From: Octopus sinensis
Lineage: Eukaryota
Reading direction: 5' to 3'
DNA length: 8,164 nt
Assembly (NCBI RefSeq): GCF_006345805.1
Contig: NW_021828516.1
Location: 1-8,164 of the forward strand
Shown here: positions 7,271 through 8,164 of the stretch, one piece after another
Layout: each line of letters starts with the position of its first letter
How positions within the stretch are numbered: position 1 is the first letter of the stretch
Position numbers and translations under genes: made by a program
The notes under the pieces: model-generated
Seen by the model: the letters and a program-made list of their open reading frames with translations, nothing else
Told to the model about the DNA's origin: nothing
The model's database searches: none

Positions 7271-7300
<30 letters not shown>
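7271..7300. repeat. (AT)n microsatellite
   Basis: Seen directly. Confidence 0.95.
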
Positions 7301-7301
<1 letters not shown>

Positions 7302-7302
7302 T

Positions 7303-7354
7303 GATAACGAATACGAACAGATAACCGCCAGACTTCGTATTCGTATTCGTTATC
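7303..7354. repeat. Perfect 15-bp inverted repeat (hairpin)
   Basis: GATAACGAATACGAA (7303-7317) pairs with TTCGTATTCGTTATC (7340-7354) across a 22-nt spacer containing one extra TTCGTA unit. Confidence 0.85.
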
Positions 7355-7621
7355 TATTCCTTCTGTTTTGCATATGTGAATTACAGGGTCTGTCATGCCC
7401 GGAGTCCAACTTTGATAGAAATAAGCATTCTTGACTGCTATTCTATTTTTTCGGTATGCGGTCAAGCACCTGTTTTGCCTGTCCCTTTTTCTTATATACA
7501 AATATATACTGAACTTTACAGAAGTTCCTGCCGGTAATCGGCTATATTTACATACCGAATTCTACCAGTAAATATTGGGGTTTTTTTAAAAAGCCTTTTA
7601 GAAATTATTTACTCTTATCAT

Positions 7622-7655
<34 letters not shown>

Positions 7656-7782
7656 ATAGTTATATATATATATATGTAATATATATGTATATATATATAT
7701 GTATATATATATATAAATATATGTATATATATATATAAATAATGTTATATATATGTTATATATATGTATATATATCTATATG

Positions 7783-7813
<31 letters not shown>

Positions 7814-7846
7814 GTATATATATATATATATATGTATATTATATAT
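7622..7846. repeat. Long degenerate (AT)n/(ATGT) microsatellite
   Basis: Seen directly. Confidence 0.97.
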
Positions 7847-8164
7847 GTCAGAGGTCTGGTGAAACCCACTAATATGGGTAAAATTCCTTACCTTAGGGAC
7901 TTGAGCAAACAAGCAACTATGCAATATGCATAGCGCTGACTGAAACGCACCTGTCAAGCAGTATAGCAGATGCAGAAATACACATACCGAAGTATACTGT
8001 TTTTCGGTCGGACAGGAAGGAAAGAACTCATGGTGGGGTTGCCCTGTACGTCCGTGAAGATGTCACACCCATAGTACTGTTGACACACTCAAACTCAGTC
8101 TGTGACACACTGATAGTACACATGAAACAACCGAAAATAGTAATATGTGTCACATATCGGCCAC
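7847..8164 (+). pseudogene. CR1/L2-group LINE ORF2 AP-endonuclease N-terminus, frameshifted, continuing beyond the window
   Basis: VRGLVKPTNMGKIPYLRDLSKQ (from 7847), then after a shift near 7908-7911 SNYAICIALTETHLSSSIADAEIHIPKYTVFRSDRKERTHGGVALYVREDVTPIVLLTHSNSVCDTLIVHMKQPKIVICVTYRP (7912-8163, no stop). Matches the APE motifs N.RGL, LTETHL, FR.DR, GGVA.YV and YRP. Confidence 0.88.

Overview
Repeat-dense, AT-rich eukaryotic genomic DNA. The repeat families resemble ones I recall from cephalopods, probably Octopus; that is recollection, not a search result. No intact, recognisable cellular gene is present. From left to right: (1) 1-1051, a head-to-tail array of three rearranged copies of an RTE-LINE 3' end (minus), ending in a 33-bp minisatellite. 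(2) 1292-1475, a 5'-truncated CR1-type LINE 3' end (minus) inside an (AT)n tract. (3) About 1565-4340, mostly unique DNA with splice, poly(A) and promoter-like signals suggesting, weakly, two small convergent transcripts. (4) 4354-4739, a clean MITE with 19-bp perfect TIRs, a 6-bp TSD and telomere-like CCCTAA repeats. (5) 5178-6226, a 5'-truncated RTE LINE with structured 68-bp 3'UTR repeats and a (GAT)5 tail. (6) 6229-7270, a TG...CA-bounded solo-LTR-like insert wedged between that tail and an (AT)n tract. (7) 7847-8164, a frameshifted CR1/L2-type endonuclease running off the window. Most ORFs in the track are microsatellite or antisense-repeat artefacts. I cannot support a confirmed new biological system. 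The best leads are the telomeric-repeat 6-bp-TSD MITE, the LINE-3'UTR-derived satellite with hairpin-rich subunits, the shared (TA)n context of all LINE fragments, and the possible tail-to-tail transcript pair.
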